Shown here piece by piece: positions 19,273-29,747 of a stretch of 64,000 nucleotides of DNA; the stretch's first letter is position 1; each line of letters begins with the position of its first letter. The stretch lies in the IMG/VR virus record IMGVR_UViG_3300028909_000001, one strand, 5' to 3'. The stretch comes from a virus (lineage: Duplodnaviria; Caudoviricetes). A program made the translations under genes and the position numbers. Below the pieces are notes generated by a model. It did no database searches. It saw only the letters and a list, made by a program, of their open reading frames with translations, and was not told where the DNA came from.

Positions 19273-19725
19273 ATGAAGATAACAAAACGAGAAGATAGAT
19301 GGTATGACGAAAACGGTAATAGTTGGTCTACAGAAGAACTAGCTACTAGATACTCTCCTACTCTAACCAATTGTAGTAATTGTAATAATTGTAATTATTG
19401 TAGAGATTGTAGTTATTGTAGTAGTTGTATTTATTCTAATGGTTGTAGTAGTTGTAGTGAGTGTAATGGTTGTAGGAATTCTCTTAATTGTATTAGTTGT
19501 AATTGGTGTAGTAGTTGTGGTAGTTGTAATAGTTGTATTAGTTGTAGTGTTTGTAGTCTTTGTAGAGATTGTACTTATTGTAGTAATTGTAATAATTGTA
19601 GAAAATGTGAAAATTGTTATTTCGTTAGTAGTCTTGAAAATTACGCCCCACTTCTTAAATTTGAACCATCTTCAACTAGACCAGAATTAGATATTAATGA
19701 TAGAAAACTAGAACCAGACTTATGA
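19273..19725 (+). CDS. Cys-x-x repeat protein with tail (DINDRKLEPDL)
   Basis: Head, repeats and tail. Confidence 0.85.
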   Translation: MKITKREDRWYDENGNSWSTEELATRYSPTLTNCSNCNNCNYCRDCSYCSSCIYSNGCSSCSECNGCRNSLNCISCNWCSSCGSCNSCISCSVCSLCRDCTYCSNCNNCRKCENCYFVSSLENYAPLLKFEPSSTRPELDINDRKLEPDL

Positions 19726-20096
19726 CTTTAAGAGACATATTAGACAATGATTTAATTGAACGTATTAGAAACCATAACGAAAAAGAAGTAAACCCTGAAT
19801 CTTCTAGATTTAGTTCGGATGCTGATTTAACCTTATTTCATAAATGGGCTTACAAAGTAGAGAAAGGTTGGTATGGATTTGATTTAGGTAATAAAGTCCC
19901 GTATTGCTGGGTACTTGCCATAGATAAAGTATTAAAAAAGATCGAAGAACTAGACCCAGAATTTACTATTCAACAAATAAAGTTAAAGTACGGTCAATTA
20001 TGTTTCTATATTGATTATAATAAGAACATAGATGAGATTAATCAATTAGCCAAGGAATTACTGGAATTATGTTGTAGTAGGCACTTAATTTATTAA
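19722..20096 (+). CDS. Conserved hypothetical phage protein
   Basis: GW...W...QIKLKYGQLCFY resembles the common phage QxKEKFGxLRFY motif. Confidence 0.6.
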   Translation: MTLRDILDNDLIERIRNHNEKEVNPESSRFSSDADLTLFHKWAYKVEKGWYGFDLGNKVPYCWVLAIDKVLKKIEELDPEFTIQQIKLKYGQLCFYIDYNKNIDEINQLAKELLELCCSRHLIY

Positions 20097-20135
20097 TTGC
20101 TAGTAAATGTAGTTTTATACCTTTAAAATATAAGT

Positions 20136-20417
20136 ATGAAGTTACCAAGGATTAATCGTTATATCCCTAAAGATACACCGGTAATTAAAGGTATGATTCT
20201 TAGAGGATTGTGTGACTATGAAGAAAAAGCAATATATATTAACCCCAAACAAAGTGATAAAGAACGGCTTATTACAGCATGCCACGAGTCAACACATTAC
20301 TTATTTCCATCTTTGACTGAAAAGAAAGTAGAAGAATACGGTTGTCTAATAGGTGAAGTGTTGTGGCGGTTAGGATATAGAAGCAGAATTAGAAAGAAAC
20401 GAAAAGCTAGTATTTAA
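20136..20417 (+). CDS. HExxH metallopeptidase-like protein
   Basis: IYINPKQS...TACHESTHY...VEE. Confidence 0.6.
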   Translation: MKLPRINRYIPKDTPVIKGMILRGLCDYEEKAIYINPKQSDKERLITACHESTHYLFPSLTEKKVEEYGCLIGEVLWRLGYRSRIRKKRKASI

Positions 20418-20441
20418 TTTAAGCTTTAATATAATATCAGA

Positions 20442-21233
20442 ATGCGTGAAATGTATGATATTGTATTAAAGAAATCTATATTTATTTTAGATAAAAAGTT
20501 AATGTCGGTTAGTCGAGAACTTGGTCTGGATTATACTGCAGTCTCCAAACTTCTACACAAAGAACAATTCCACGTAGTTGGTAGATATATACTACCAGAG
20601 AATAAAGATAAGATATTTACTTTAGTTAATTATGATACTGGTGAAGAGTATGACTGTATAACTAATAAGAGTTTAAAACATCATTTTAATCAAGAACTTA
20701 CAGAGAATGAAATTAAGTATGTATATGAATTATTATCTGGCAGGCAATATTTAGCTTCTATTTGTGATCGAGCTCTTATTAAGAAGGGTGTAATTAAAGA
20801 TGGAAATTTCGTTAATATCAAAGCTTCTTCTATTAGATATAATAAGGAAAGAGAAGCACAGTTATATCGATGTACAACTGCCAGAGATTTGAGAGGCAGG
20901 TTGGCTAATATAATACAAGCAGTAATAAATAAAAGAAAAAACTCAGCCATAAAATCATTAGTTGGTTGCACTTATAATGAATTAGCTCAACATCTATCTA
21001 ATCGATTTACTTCACAAATGACTTGGGGTAACTATGGAGAATGGGTAGTGGACCATATAATACCGTTGTCATTGTTCGATTTAAGTAATAAAGAAGAAGT
21101 ATTAAGAGCTAATCACTATACTAATTTACAACCTTTATGGTCTTCTAAAAATATTGCTGAGAAATACGGTGAGTTTAATTATATCAGCAATAGTGAGAAG
21201 AATTGTAAGAATATACTAGGCGGAAGAATTTAA
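20442..21233 (+). mobile_element. HNH/endonuclease VII-like homing endonuclease
   Basis: C-terminal WGNYGEWVVDHIIPLSLFDL...NHYTNLQPLW; abuts tRNA-Gln. Confidence 0.75.
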
Positions 21234-21234
21234 T

Positions 21235-21308
21235 TGGGATGTTGCATAATGGTAGTGCCAGGGTCTTTGGAGCCTTAGGTGAAGGTTCGATTCCTTCCAT
21301 CCCAGCCA
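21235..21308 (+). tRNA. tRNA-Gln(TTG)
   Basis: TGGGATG/CATCCCA-G-CCA; loop CTTTGGA. Confidence 0.9.
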
Positions 21309-21541
21309 TTTACAATATAAACGAAATCAAGTCACGTCAATATTAACTGAAGGTACGTTGCTCTGGCTCTATGTATCAACTAGAATAAGTTAATAAATCC
21401 CCGAAATTTATAGAGATAAAGTACGGGCAGAACCTCATTGAAAGACCACCCTTTAAAGCAATTTTATTGTGTAGACTAGGTGGGAGTTAAGCTAGAGTTG
21501 TGCCTAGCATATTGTATTTAAAACCATAAAACCATAAAACT

Positions 21542-21994
21542 ATGAAACGACCTACAAGAAAAGCAACATTAGAAGATTCAGTAACGTATATTCTAGCAGA
21601 GATTAAAGAATTAGAAGCTTGTCAATATCTGCTTACGCAGATCATTTATAAACTTACTAATGATTATGCACCGGATGATACTCTTTCTGATAGTGTAGCT
21701 AAGATAACTGAAAGAATAACTCGTAAAAAGTGCAGGCTGTTTGAACAATTAGCCACAATTTCTGTTCTTAGCCCAACTGCTGAAGCTAAGTTAAAACAAA
21801 GATTAATCGATAAATTAAATAAATCTGGTTCATATTTCAGCAATTTTGTTAATCAATCTTGGACTGATATCTCTACCAACCCTGAAGAATTAAAGCAAAC
21901 TATAAAAGATCAGATGAGTAAAGCATTACAAGTAAGAGAGGATGAGGTAGATATGATAGCAGTACCTAAAAGGAAGTTAGAACCAGATCTATGA
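21542..21994 (+). CDS. Helical hypothetical protein with tail (KRKLEPDL)
   Basis: Shared tail; ATGA coupling. Confidence 0.7.
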   Translation: MKRPTRKATLEDSVTYILAEIKELEACQYLLTQIIYKLTNDYAPDDTLSDSVAKITERITRKKCRLFEQLATISVLSPTAEAKLKQRLIDKLNKSGSYFSNFVNQSWTDISTNPEELKQTIKDQMSKALQVREDEVDMIAVPKRKLEPDL

Positions 21995-22446
21995 AGATAA
22001 CTAAACGAGAAAATGATAGATGGTATGACGAAAACAATAATAGTTGGGAAACTAAAAAATTAGCTACTTTACACTCACCTACCCTAACTAATTGTAGTTG
22101 GTGTGGTGGTTGTAGAGATTGTAGAGATTGTAGAGATTGTAGAGATTGTAGAGATTGTAGTAATTGTAGTGATTGTAGTAATTGTAGTTGGTGTGGTGGT
22201 TGTAGTTATTGTATTTGTTGTAATCAGTGTATAAGTTGTAGTTATTGTAGTGGTTGTAGTAATTGTAGTTATTGTAGTCATTGTAATAATTGTAGTGATT
22301 GTGGTTATTGTCATTATTGTAGAAAATGTGAAAATTGTTATCTCGTTAGTAGTCTTGAAAATTACGCCCCACTTCTTAAATTTGAACCATCTTCAACTAG
22401 ACCAGAATTAGATATTAATGATAGAAAACTAGAACCAGATCTATGA
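21991..22446 (+). CDS. Cys-x-x repeat protein with tail (DINDRKLEPDL)
   Basis: Head, repeats and tail; 3' end nearly identical to 19273. Confidence 0.85.
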   Translation: MKITKRENDRWYDENNNSWETKKLATLHSPTLTNCSWCGGCRDCRDCRDCRDCRDCSNCSDCSNCSWCGGCSYCICCNQCISCSYCSGCSNCSYCSHCNNCSDCGYCHYCRKCENCYLVSSLENYAPLLKFEPSSTRPELDINDRKLEPDL

Positions 22447-22817
22447 AGATAACTAAACGAGAAAATGATAGATGGTATGACGAAAACAATAATAGCTGGG
22501 ATAGTGAAGAACTAGCTACTTTCTATTCACCTACCCTAACTACTTGTAGTTATTGTAGTGGTTGTAGTTATTGTAGTAATTGTAGTAGTTGTAGAGATTG
22601 TAGTTATTGTAATCTTTGTAATGATTGTACTCGTTGTACTAATTGTGATTATTGTGATAATTGTAGTCATTGTGGTTATTGTAGTGATTGTAGTGATTGT
22701 TTAGGTTTATATAATTATCGAGATAAAGAAAATTTAGAACCTCAAGTAAGAATATTACCTCCAACATCAAGAATAGAATTAGATATTAATGATAGGAAAT
22801 TAGAACCAGACTTATGA
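22443..22817 (+). CDS. Cys-x-x repeat protein with tail (DINDRKLEPDL)
   Basis: Tandem paralog. Confidence 0.85.
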   Translation: MKITKRENDRWYDENNNSWDSEELATFYSPTLTTCSYCSGCSYCSNCSSCRDCSYCNLCNDCTRCTNCDYCDNCSHCGYCSDCSDCLGLYNYRDKENLEPQVRILPPTSRIELDINDRKLEPDL

Positions 22818-23019
22818 CTATAGATCAAAGAATAACTAGATTGGAGAAGAAGGCTGGAAGGCCAGATTTACCAGGAACTACAATTAGTAGAATACTTTAT
22901 AAGAAGAAAGGGTTTGGCTGGACTGTAGGAGTTGGAGCAATGCATTTATCTAGAATATGGTTTCATGCTAAAACTATAGAATCAGCACTATCCAAAGCTG
23001 AAAAACACTTTAAAATAAA

Positions 23020-24168
23020 ATGACTAAATTTAATACACTTTATAAGCGGGCTAGTAATGGGAAGATACAGGAATGGACCATAGTTGTAGATGATAATTCT
23101 TACATAGTTACGGAAGGCATGAAAGATGGAAAGCTAACTACTACCGCTCCTCATACATGTGAAGGTAAGAATCCTGGAAAGAAGAATGAAACTTTAGCAA
23201 CAGAACAAGCTCTGAAAGAAGCCAAAGCAGTTTATGATAAGAAACTTCGTAGAGGTTATGTAGAAAGTATTGGTGACGTTGATAATACTACTTTTGAAAA
23301 ACCTATGAAAGGTTCTAAGTTTCAGGATTATGAAAACGAAGTTGAATACCCTGTAGGTTATGACGATAAAATTAATGGGGTGAACTTTAGAATTAAGGCT
23401 AAAGGGATTGAAAGTACGGGTGGGGAATTCTTTTTAACTGCTCCTCACATCATTAATAGCCTAAAACCTTTATTCACTAAGTATCCAAATCTAGTATTGA
23501 TGGGTGAAGGTTATAATCCTAAAGCTGAGTTCCTTCATCAAATAACTGAGATTCTTACAGTAACTAAGAAAAACAAAGACATTACACCAGAATTATTAGC
23601 ATTAAGTGAGAAAGTTTGTGAATGCTGGTTATTTGATGGGTACGGCTTTGATAATATTGATGAAAATACTAATTGGATGAAGAGGAGAGAAGCAGTTAAA
23701 AAATTAGTCAAAGGTTATAAGTATGTTTATGTTTTGCCTTATAAGACAGCTAATAATAAGGCTGAGTTGGATATTGCTTTGGCTGAAAATAAGACTAGAG
23801 GTGGTGAAGGTCTTATGGTTCGTTGGAAAAATTGTGAGATAAAACATGGTAAAAGCAAATATCTACTCAAGCTAAAACATTGGGAAGATGAGGAGTTTGA
23901 ATTGGTGGATTTCGCTCTAGGGAACGGAAATTGGAGCACATTTCCTAAAAAAGCAATTTTCAAATTACCTGAACCTTGTAAAGATAGAGATGGTAATATC
24001 TTAACTACTTTTGCATCCAATATAGAAGGAGGAGAAGAATATCTTGCTAAATTATGGAAAGACCGTAAAGACTTGATAGGTAAGAAATTTACTGTGAAAT
24101 ACCAGCTTAAAAGTGCTTATGGTATTCCTCAAATTCCTTGGTTAATTGTACCTAGAACATATGAATAA
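23020..24168 (+). CDS. ATP-dependent DNA ligase
   Basis: Motif I-like DKINGV, GEGY, WLFDG, GEGLMVR, LLKLK and a C-terminal OB fold. Confidence 0.8.
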   Translation: MTKFNTLYKRASNGKIQEWTIVVDDNSYIVTEGMKDGKLTTTAPHTCEGKNPGKKNETLATEQALKEAKAVYDKKLRRGYVESIGDVDNTTFEKPMKGSKFQDYENEVEYPVGYDDKINGVNFRIKAKGIESTGGEFFLTAPHIINSLKPLFTKYPNLVLMGEGYNPKAEFLHQITEILTVTKKNKDITPELLALSEKVCECWLFDGYGFDNIDENTNWMKRREAVKKLVKGYKYVYVLPYKTANNKAELDIALAENKTRGGEGLMVRWKNCEIKHGKSKYLLKLKHWEDEEFELVDFALGNGNWSTFPKKAIFKLPEPCKDRDGNILTTFASNIEGGEEYLAKLWKDRKDLIGKKFTVKYQLKSAYGIPQIPWLIVPRTYE

Positions 24169-24346
24169 ACAAATAATGAAACAAGCAGGGTTTACTGAAG
24201 AACTTAAACAAATAGAAGTAGGTAATTGTCCTATCTGTCGTAAACCGATAAATTTAGAAGATTTCAGAAATGCTTTGTCTAAAAGAGAATATGAGATCTC
24301 GAAAATGTGTAATGCCTGTCAGGACTTAATCTTTGGCCCATGATTT

Positions 24347-24652
24347 ATGTGGATAAAATGGAAATATAATGATCATGGCTGGCCTGATTTTAAAGAACTT
24401 GAGATCCCTGATGATTTTGATGGTTGTGATTCGATAGAGGATTATCTTTGTGAGCGCGGATATGTTCCAATAGGTATTAAAAGATTTCTGTCGAGTAAGA
24501 TAAAGTGGGAGAAGATAGACCTTACTTCTCAAGAAATTAAAGCTAGAAAGATAACTTCATTAAAGAATGAAATCCACTATCATACAATGTGTTTAGCTGA
24601 CTATAAGAAAGAATTAGAGGAATTACTTAGAGATGATGTCAAAACCACTTAA
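24347..24652 (+). CDS. Hypothetical protein
   Basis: ORF. Confidence 0.55.
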   Translation: MWIKWKYNDHGWPDFKELEIPDDFDGCDSIEDYLCERGYVPIGIKRFLSSKIKWEKIDLTSQEIKARKITSLKNEIHYHTMCLADYKKELEELLRDDVKTT

Positions 24653-24980
24653 AATGTATATCTTTGTGAGAAAATCGCTACCGTCCCACAAAGTAATTAG
24701 TGTAGCTCATGGTGTATTAATAGCGCATTTAAAATTCAGTCCACTCACACCTTTAGTATATAGTAATGAAAACCAGAGAGTATATAATGAATGGCTTAAT
24801 ACCTCATTTCGCAAAGTAGTATGTGAAGTGACTGATGCGGAGTTTACGGAGCTAAAGAAGGAATCTGATTATATAACAGTAACAGAATCAGCCTTACCTG
24901 GAGAAGAATTAACACTGGTATTCTGTCCTAGATATGAATGGCCGGTAAAGTTTAAAACTTACCCTTTATTCAATATATGA
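24633..24980 (+). CDS. Peptidyl-tRNA hydrolase II-like protein
   Basis: KMYIFVRKSL...VAHG...W....RKVVCEV...TE......T...CPR pattern. Confidence 0.7.
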   Translation: MMSKPLKMYIFVRKSLPSHKVISVAHGVLIAHLKFSPLTPLVYSNENQRVYNEWLNTSFRKVVCEVTDAEFTELKKESDYITVTESALPGEELTLVFCPRYEWPVKFKTYPLFNI

Positions 24981-25221
24981 TAAAAGTAACTATAATATAC
25001 GTGGATAGCTGGTTACAAGGAAGTCATATGGTAAATTTAACTAAAATGGCTAGGGTTGAAGCCTCATCTATCAAAGCTATAATGGAATCTAAATATAGAG
25101 ATTCGATTGTCTATATGTTTGAAGGTTGGCCGCTTATGGTAGGTGAAACGATAGAAGACTTAAACAAATCTGAAATTATAACAATAAACGAAGACAGTAC
25201 TAAAATATAAATAATTAACTT

Positions 25222-25298
25222 GGGTGAGTAGACCAGTGGAAGGAGTCACATGTCTTAGGAACATGGCAGGGTGGGTTCGAATCCCATCTCACCCACCA
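25222..25298 (+). tRNA. tRNA-Leu(TAG) with short variable loop
   Basis: CATGT-CTTAGGA-ACATG; GGGTGAG/CTCACCC-A-CCA. Confidence 0.8.
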
Positions 25299-25327
25299 AA
25301 CTAATAACAACAATAATAACTAAACTT

Positions 25328-26038
25328 ATGGAACAAACATTACAATTACAACATTTAACAAATAATTCTGACAGCGCATTACCTTCTTTCTCTACTTTTA
25401 CTGAACCAGGTATGTCACAATCAGAGCTATTACTAACTAGAATAGATACTCTGGAAGCTGGGATTAGGGAGATTAAAAATATAGGAGCAACTATAGATAA
25501 AACGTTAAATAGTATACTTGATTTGATTGAACTTAAAGAAGCTAATCAACCAGCTACTACTGAAAACTTTACGCTAACTCCTACACCATCAACTAACGAT
25601 GTAGCAGTTTCAATTATACCTACAGCAACTAAAAAATTGCTTAAGAAGGCAGAACAAGAAGGTGTTGTAGAAAAAATGCATGATGCTTTTTCAAATAATC
25701 CAATATTGAATGCTAATAAAAATAAATTGGTTCACGCATCTCTACATAAATTGTTTGTATTGTCCTTGGTATTTGATGGCCGCTTTTCGAGTCAAGATGC
25801 TAAGAAGGCCTTGTTAGAATATGGCTTCAATTATGCTGAACAAAATGGACCTACCGCCTTATTACATGATTTTGCTAAACGAGATTGGTTGACCGAAGTT
25901 GCACCTGGAGATACTACTCAGAATAAAAAACTTTCGTTCTATATCGTGAATCAAAAAATCCTCTCTGTTATTGCAATATTGTTAAACCCGGCTATTTTTA
26001 TTGAATTGTATGATGATAGTAGAATAACTACTGCATAG
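25328..26038 (+). CDS. Hypothetical protein, possible winged-helix C-terminus
   Basis: The ATG at about 25328 (MEQTLQL) is preferred over the GTG inside the tRNA. Confidence 0.55.
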   Translation: MEQTLQLQHLTNNSDSALPSFSTFTEPGMSQSELLLTRIDTLEAGIREIKNIGATIDKTLNSILDLIELKEANQPATTENFTLTPTPSTNDVAVSIIPTATKKLLKKAEQEGVVEKMHDAFSNNPILNANKNKLVHASLHKLFVLSLVFDGRFSSQDAKKALLEYGFNYAEQNGPTALLHDFAKRDWLTEVAPGDTTQNKKLSFYIVNQKILSVIAILLNPAIFIELYDDSRITTA

Positions 26039-26083
26039 TTCTACATAATAGTGATTTAATAATCGAAGACTAGACCCTTTCTT

Positions 26084-26491
26084 ATGACAATAACAAAAAT
26101 AGCTAATAGATGGTATGACGAAAACAATAATAGCTGGTTATCAGAAGAAGCAGCTACTCAATACTCACTTACCCTAACTAATTGTAGTAGGTGTAGTGAT
26201 TGTAGTAATTGTATTGATTGTAGAGATTGTAGTAATTGGTGTAGTAATTGTAATAATTGTAGAGATTGTAGTTATTGTATATATTGTAGTGATTGTAGTT
26301 ATTGTATATATTGTATTGATTGTAATATTTGTAGTGATTGTAGTAGTTGTATTAATTGTAGTAATTGTAGTGATTGTAGAGATTGTAGTAGTTGTATTGA
26401 TTGTAGTGATTGTACTAATAATAAGAAGTATGAACCAGTAACTAGACCATTTATAGACTGTACTAACAGACTATTAGAACCAGATTTATGA
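26084..26491 (+). CDS. Cys-x-x repeat protein with tail (TNRLLEPDL)
   Basis: Head, repeats and tail. Confidence 0.85.
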   Translation: MTITKIANRWYDENNNSWLSEEAATQYSLTLTNCSRCSDCSNCIDCRDCSNWCSNCNNCRDCSYCIYCSDCSYCIYCIDCNICSDCSSCINCSNCSDCRDCSSCIDCSDCTNNKKYEPVTRPFIDCTNRLLEPDL

Positions 26492-26736
26492 CAAATATCA
26501 CAGTACGAGATAAATATGACCAATCTATAGAAGTAGGAAATAATGTTATAGTAAAGTATTATGGCAGTATTTATAAAGGAACTGTCATTAATATTAAACT
26601 AATAAATAGTACTGGGACTAGTACCAGTGATTTTTGTGCTCATTTAAGAGATTATTGGATTAAAGTTATCATCCATTCACCTATTAGAGGAGATAAAGAG
26701 ATAACTAGTAAATCAGGAGAAATAATAAGAATATGA
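26488..26736 (+). CDS. KOW/SH3-like small protein (no tail)
   Basis: IEVGNNVIVKYYGSIYKGTV. Confidence 0.55.
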   Translation: MTNITVRDKYDQSIEVGNNVIVKYYGSIYKGTVINIKLINSTGTSTSDFCAHLRDYWIKVIIHSPIRGDKEITSKSGEIIRI

Positions 26737-27005
26737 AATATAATCTAGTTCAAATTCGTAGTCATATAAAGAATCAACTTCGTGTTTCCTTTGAAGAAAT
26801 TGAAATAGAAGGTGAAGTAATAGAAATCAGTTCACCAATGAATACTGGATTTTATTATTGCCTGGCTAAAAGAGGCAAGAAATATGCTTTTGATAGATTA
26901 AAGAAACATTTAATAAAAATGTATGATAAAGAAATTACAAAGATAACAAAAGAGTTAGACATGCTTAAAGCCGTAGAATATCCACATCGAAAAATAAGAC
27001 ATTAA
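26733..27005 (+). CDS. Hypothetical protein whose tail lies out of frame
   Basis: DINDRKLEPDL* is encoded at 26998-27033 in the +1 frame. Confidence 0.6.
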   Translation: MKYNLVQIRSHIKNQLRVSFEEIEIEGEVIEISSPMNTGFYYCLAKRGKKYAFDRLKKHLIKMYDKEITKITKELDMLKAVEYPHRKIRH

Positions 27006-27029
27006 TGATAGAAAGTTGGAACCAGACTT

Positions 27030-27461
27030 ATGACAATAACAAAAAGAGCTGATAGATGGTATGACGAAAACGGTAATAGTTGGATAACTGAAGAACTAGC
27101 TACTACTGACTCTCCTACCCTAACTAATTGTTATAATTGTAGAGGTTGTAGTAATTGTAGAGATTGTAGTTATTGTATATATTGTAGTGATTGTAGTAAT
27201 TGTATTAGTTGTATTAGTTGTAGTGATTGTAGTAATTGTAGTAATTGTTATAGTTGTATTGATTGTAGTAATTGTAGTGATTGTTATAGTTGTAGAGATT
27301 GTAGTAGTTGTATTGATTGTAGTAGTTGTAGTGGTTGTAGAGATTGTAGTAATTGTAATAATTGTATTTATTGTAGTGATTGTACTAATAATAAGAAGTA
27401 TGAACCAGTAACTAGACCATTTATAGACTGTACTAACAGACTATTAGAACCAGATTTATGA
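27030..27461 (+). CDS. Cys-x-x repeat protein with tail (TNRLLEPDL)
   Basis: Last 92 nt identical to those of 26084. Confidence 0.85.
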   Translation: MTITKRADRWYDENGNSWITEELATTDSPTLTNCYNCRGCSNCRDCSYCIYCSDCSNCISCISCSDCSNCSNCYSCIDCSNCSDCYSCRDCSSCIDCSSCSGCRDCSNCNNCIYCSDCTNNKKYEPVTRPFIDCTNRLLEPDL

Positions 27462-28303
27462 AAGCACATTGGATCATAGAAAATTTTACAGATTCGGAGG
27501 ATTACAGGGATTTAATTAAAGCAGTAAAAGATTTAGGCAAGGAATGCTTTGTAATAGATAAACGTAATCATTTTGATTTTAATCCTGCCTCATTTGTGGA
27601 AAATGAATGTGTAATAGTTCAAGGGTCAATTCAAATGGTTAAGAATATAGAATCTAGGTTACCTAAAAATTGCTTTCCCATCAAATATTGCACCTTCAAC
27701 AATTATCTTTGCTCGGTTTACTATCCTAAATTAAAAGACTTCCTATTTAATGATAAGTATGTATTACTTCCGCTAAAAGAACTTAAAGAGAATAAGTTTG
27801 ATTATTATCAGAAGTTTGGAAAAGAAGCACTTATATTTGTAAGACCGGATAGTGGAGAAAAGACATTTCAAGCCCAACTCTTAGATTTGCAGGATTTCGA
27901 CAGATTTTGGACTAACTCTATAGCTTCCAGTACTTTAGATGATGATTTAGTACTAGTTTCTACGCCTAAAGATATAATAGGTGAGTGGCGTTTTATATGT
28001 TCAAAGTATAACGATGGGGAAATCATAACTCAATCTACTTATCGATATCAAGGCAAGTTATGTTATATACCTGCTGCACCTGTTAAAGCAACTGAACTTT
28101 GTAAAAATATATTAAAGGTTCAATATTACCCAGACTCTGTTTTTTGCATAGATATCTGCCAGGCTGGGGATAACAAGTTCTATTTATTAGAATTAACCTC
28201 CTTTTCTAGTGCTGGTCTATATGCTACCGATAAAAAGAAGATAGCAACTAGAGTAAGTGAAATAACCGAATTTGAATATGGAAGAGAAATATTCTATAGG
28301 TGA
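27458..28303 (+). CDS. ATP-grasp domain protein (R2K/DUF4343-like)
   Basis: FVRPDSGEKTF, EWRFIC and IDIC..GDNKFYLLELTSFSSAGLY. Confidence 0.75.
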   Translation: MKAHWIIENFTDSEDYRDLIKAVKDLGKECFVIDKRNHFDFNPASFVENECVIVQGSIQMVKNIESRLPKNCFPIKYCTFNNYLCSVYYPKLKDFLFNDKYVLLPLKELKENKFDYYQKFGKEALIFVRPDSGEKTFQAQLLDLQDFDRFWTNSIASSTLDDDLVLVSTPKDIIGEWRFICSKYNDGEIITQSTYRYQGKLCYIPAAPVKATELCKNILKVQYYPDSVFCIDICQAGDNKFYLLELTSFSSAGLYATDKKKIATRVSEITEFEYGREIFYR

Positions 28304-28520
28304 TCTTGTTGAATTATTAAATTTAGGTGAAGGGGAGATCGTCTCTATAAAAAACACTTATTATCATATGAGAATGTTGAATCATGTATCTATTGGTAAA
28401 CGTGATTTAGATCCGGGAGATATACTTAATGTGTGGCCTGACGAAATAGTAAAAAAGATAGTAATTCTAAGACCTGATTATAGTAACTTAGATGAAAGAA
28501 GAATTGATATTGAATTATGA
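28272..28520 (+). CDS. KOW/SH3-like small protein with tail (ERRIDIEL)
   Basis: YSIGDLVEL; tail variant. Confidence 0.65.
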   Translation: MNMEEKYSIGDLVELLNLGEGEIVSIKNTYYHMRMLNHVSIGKRDLDPGDILNVWPDEIVKKIVILRPDYSNLDERRIDIEL

Positions 28521-28765
28521 ATGATTATAAGGTAGGTGATGTGATTGAGGCTTTTTATGTAGCATCTATTTATTGTACAGGTAAAATAGTAGAATTTAAG
28601 TTTAAGGGAGTTCTCATACGTATACTAGAAGACATGAATTACAATGATATAATATGTTATCCTAGTAATACACAGTTATTTCTCCCATTTGAAAATATCA
28701 TAGGGTTTAGTCAACTTATTAGAACAGAAAACATATATGAACGAAACCTTGACCCATATTTATAA
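28517..28765 (+). CDS. KOW/SH3-like small protein with tail (ERNLDPYL)
   Basis: MNDYKVGDVI. Confidence 0.7.
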   Translation: MNDYKVGDVIEAFYVASIYCTGKIVEFKFKGVLIRILEDMNYNDIICYPSNTQLFLPFENIIGFSQLIRTENIYERNLDPYL

Positions 28766-29003
28766 TATAGGTGATGAAGTTAGTGGGAATTATGCACAAT
28801 TAGCTGAGTTTAAAGGATTTATAGTATCATATAAATTTTATTTCAATAAACCTTGGTATTATGTACAGCTAACTGAACGCATATTTATACACAAAGAATT
28901 ACCTATAGGTTGGATCATAGCTGTTTCAGAGATGGAAATTAAGGAAGTTAAAAAATTAAGAAAAGAAAACATATATGAGCGAAACCTTGACCCATATTTA
29001 TAA
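28737..29003 (+). CDS. KOW/SH3-like small protein with tail (ERNLDPYL)
   Basis: YNIGDEV; 29-nt overlap with the previous gene. Confidence 0.65.
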   Translation: MNETLTHIYNIGDEVSGNYAQLAEFKGFIVSYKFYFNKPWYYVQLTERIFIHKELPIGWIIAVSEMEIKEVKKLRKENIYERNLDPYL

Positions 29004-29193
29004 TATAGGTGATGAGGTGGCATTTTATAGAGGTACTCATAGGTTTGAAGGTAGAATAATAAATAGCGCAGCATTTCATGATCATTGGTGTGTTCAATTA
29101 TTGAACTCTAAATTTATGTCAGTACATAAACAATGTTGTAATAAAATTAGAAAAGAAAATCCTTTAGATAGGAAACTAGAGCTTGATTTATGA
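28975..29193 (+). CDS. KOW/SH3-like small protein with tail (DRKLELDL)
   Basis: YNIGDEV; 29-nt overlap with the previous gene. Confidence 0.65.
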   Translation: MSETLTHIYNIGDEVAFYRGTHRFEGRIINSAAFHDHWCVQLLNSKFMSVHKQCCNKIRKENPLDRKLELDL

Positions 29194-29747
29194 CAATAAC
29201 TAAAAGAGATAATAGATGGTTTGACGAAAACAATAATAGCTGGGATAGTGAAGAAGAAGCTACTCTATACTCACCTACCCTAACCGATTGTACTAGTTGT
29301 TTTAATTGTTATAGTTGTATTGATTGTAGTAGTTGTATTGATTGTAGAGATTGTAGTAGTTGTATTGATTGTAGTAATTGTAGAGATTGTACTAGTTGTG
29401 ATAGTTGTAGTGGTTGCATTGATTGTAGTGGTTGTGTTGATTGTAGAGATTGTAGTGGTTGTAGTGGTTGTATTTATTGTATATATTGTAGTGATTGTAG
29501 TGAGTGTTATGGATGTAGAGATTGTAGTAATTGTAGTAATTGTTATAGTTGTATTGATTGTAGTAATTGTAGTGATTGTAGAGATTGTAATAATTGTAGA
29601 GATTGTAGTAGTTGTATTGATTGTAGAGATTGTAGTTATTGTAGTAGTTGTATTGGTTGTAATGACTGGACTAATAACATGAAATATGAACCGGTAATTA
29701 GACCATTTATAGACTGTACTAACAGACTATTAGAACCAGACTTATGA
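29190..29747 (+). CDS. Cys-x-x repeat protein with tail (TNRLLEPDL), longest repeat tract
   Basis: Head, repeats and tail. Confidence 0.85.
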   Translation: MTITKRDNRWFDENNNSWDSEEEATLYSPTLTDCTSCFNCYSCIDCSSCIDCRDCSSCIDCSNCRDCTSCDSCSGCIDCSGCVDCRDCSGCSGCIYCIYCSDCSECYGCRDCSNCSNCYSCIDCSNCSDCRDCNNCRDCSSCIDCRDCSYCSSCIGCNDWTNNMKYEPVIRPFIDCTNRLLEPDL

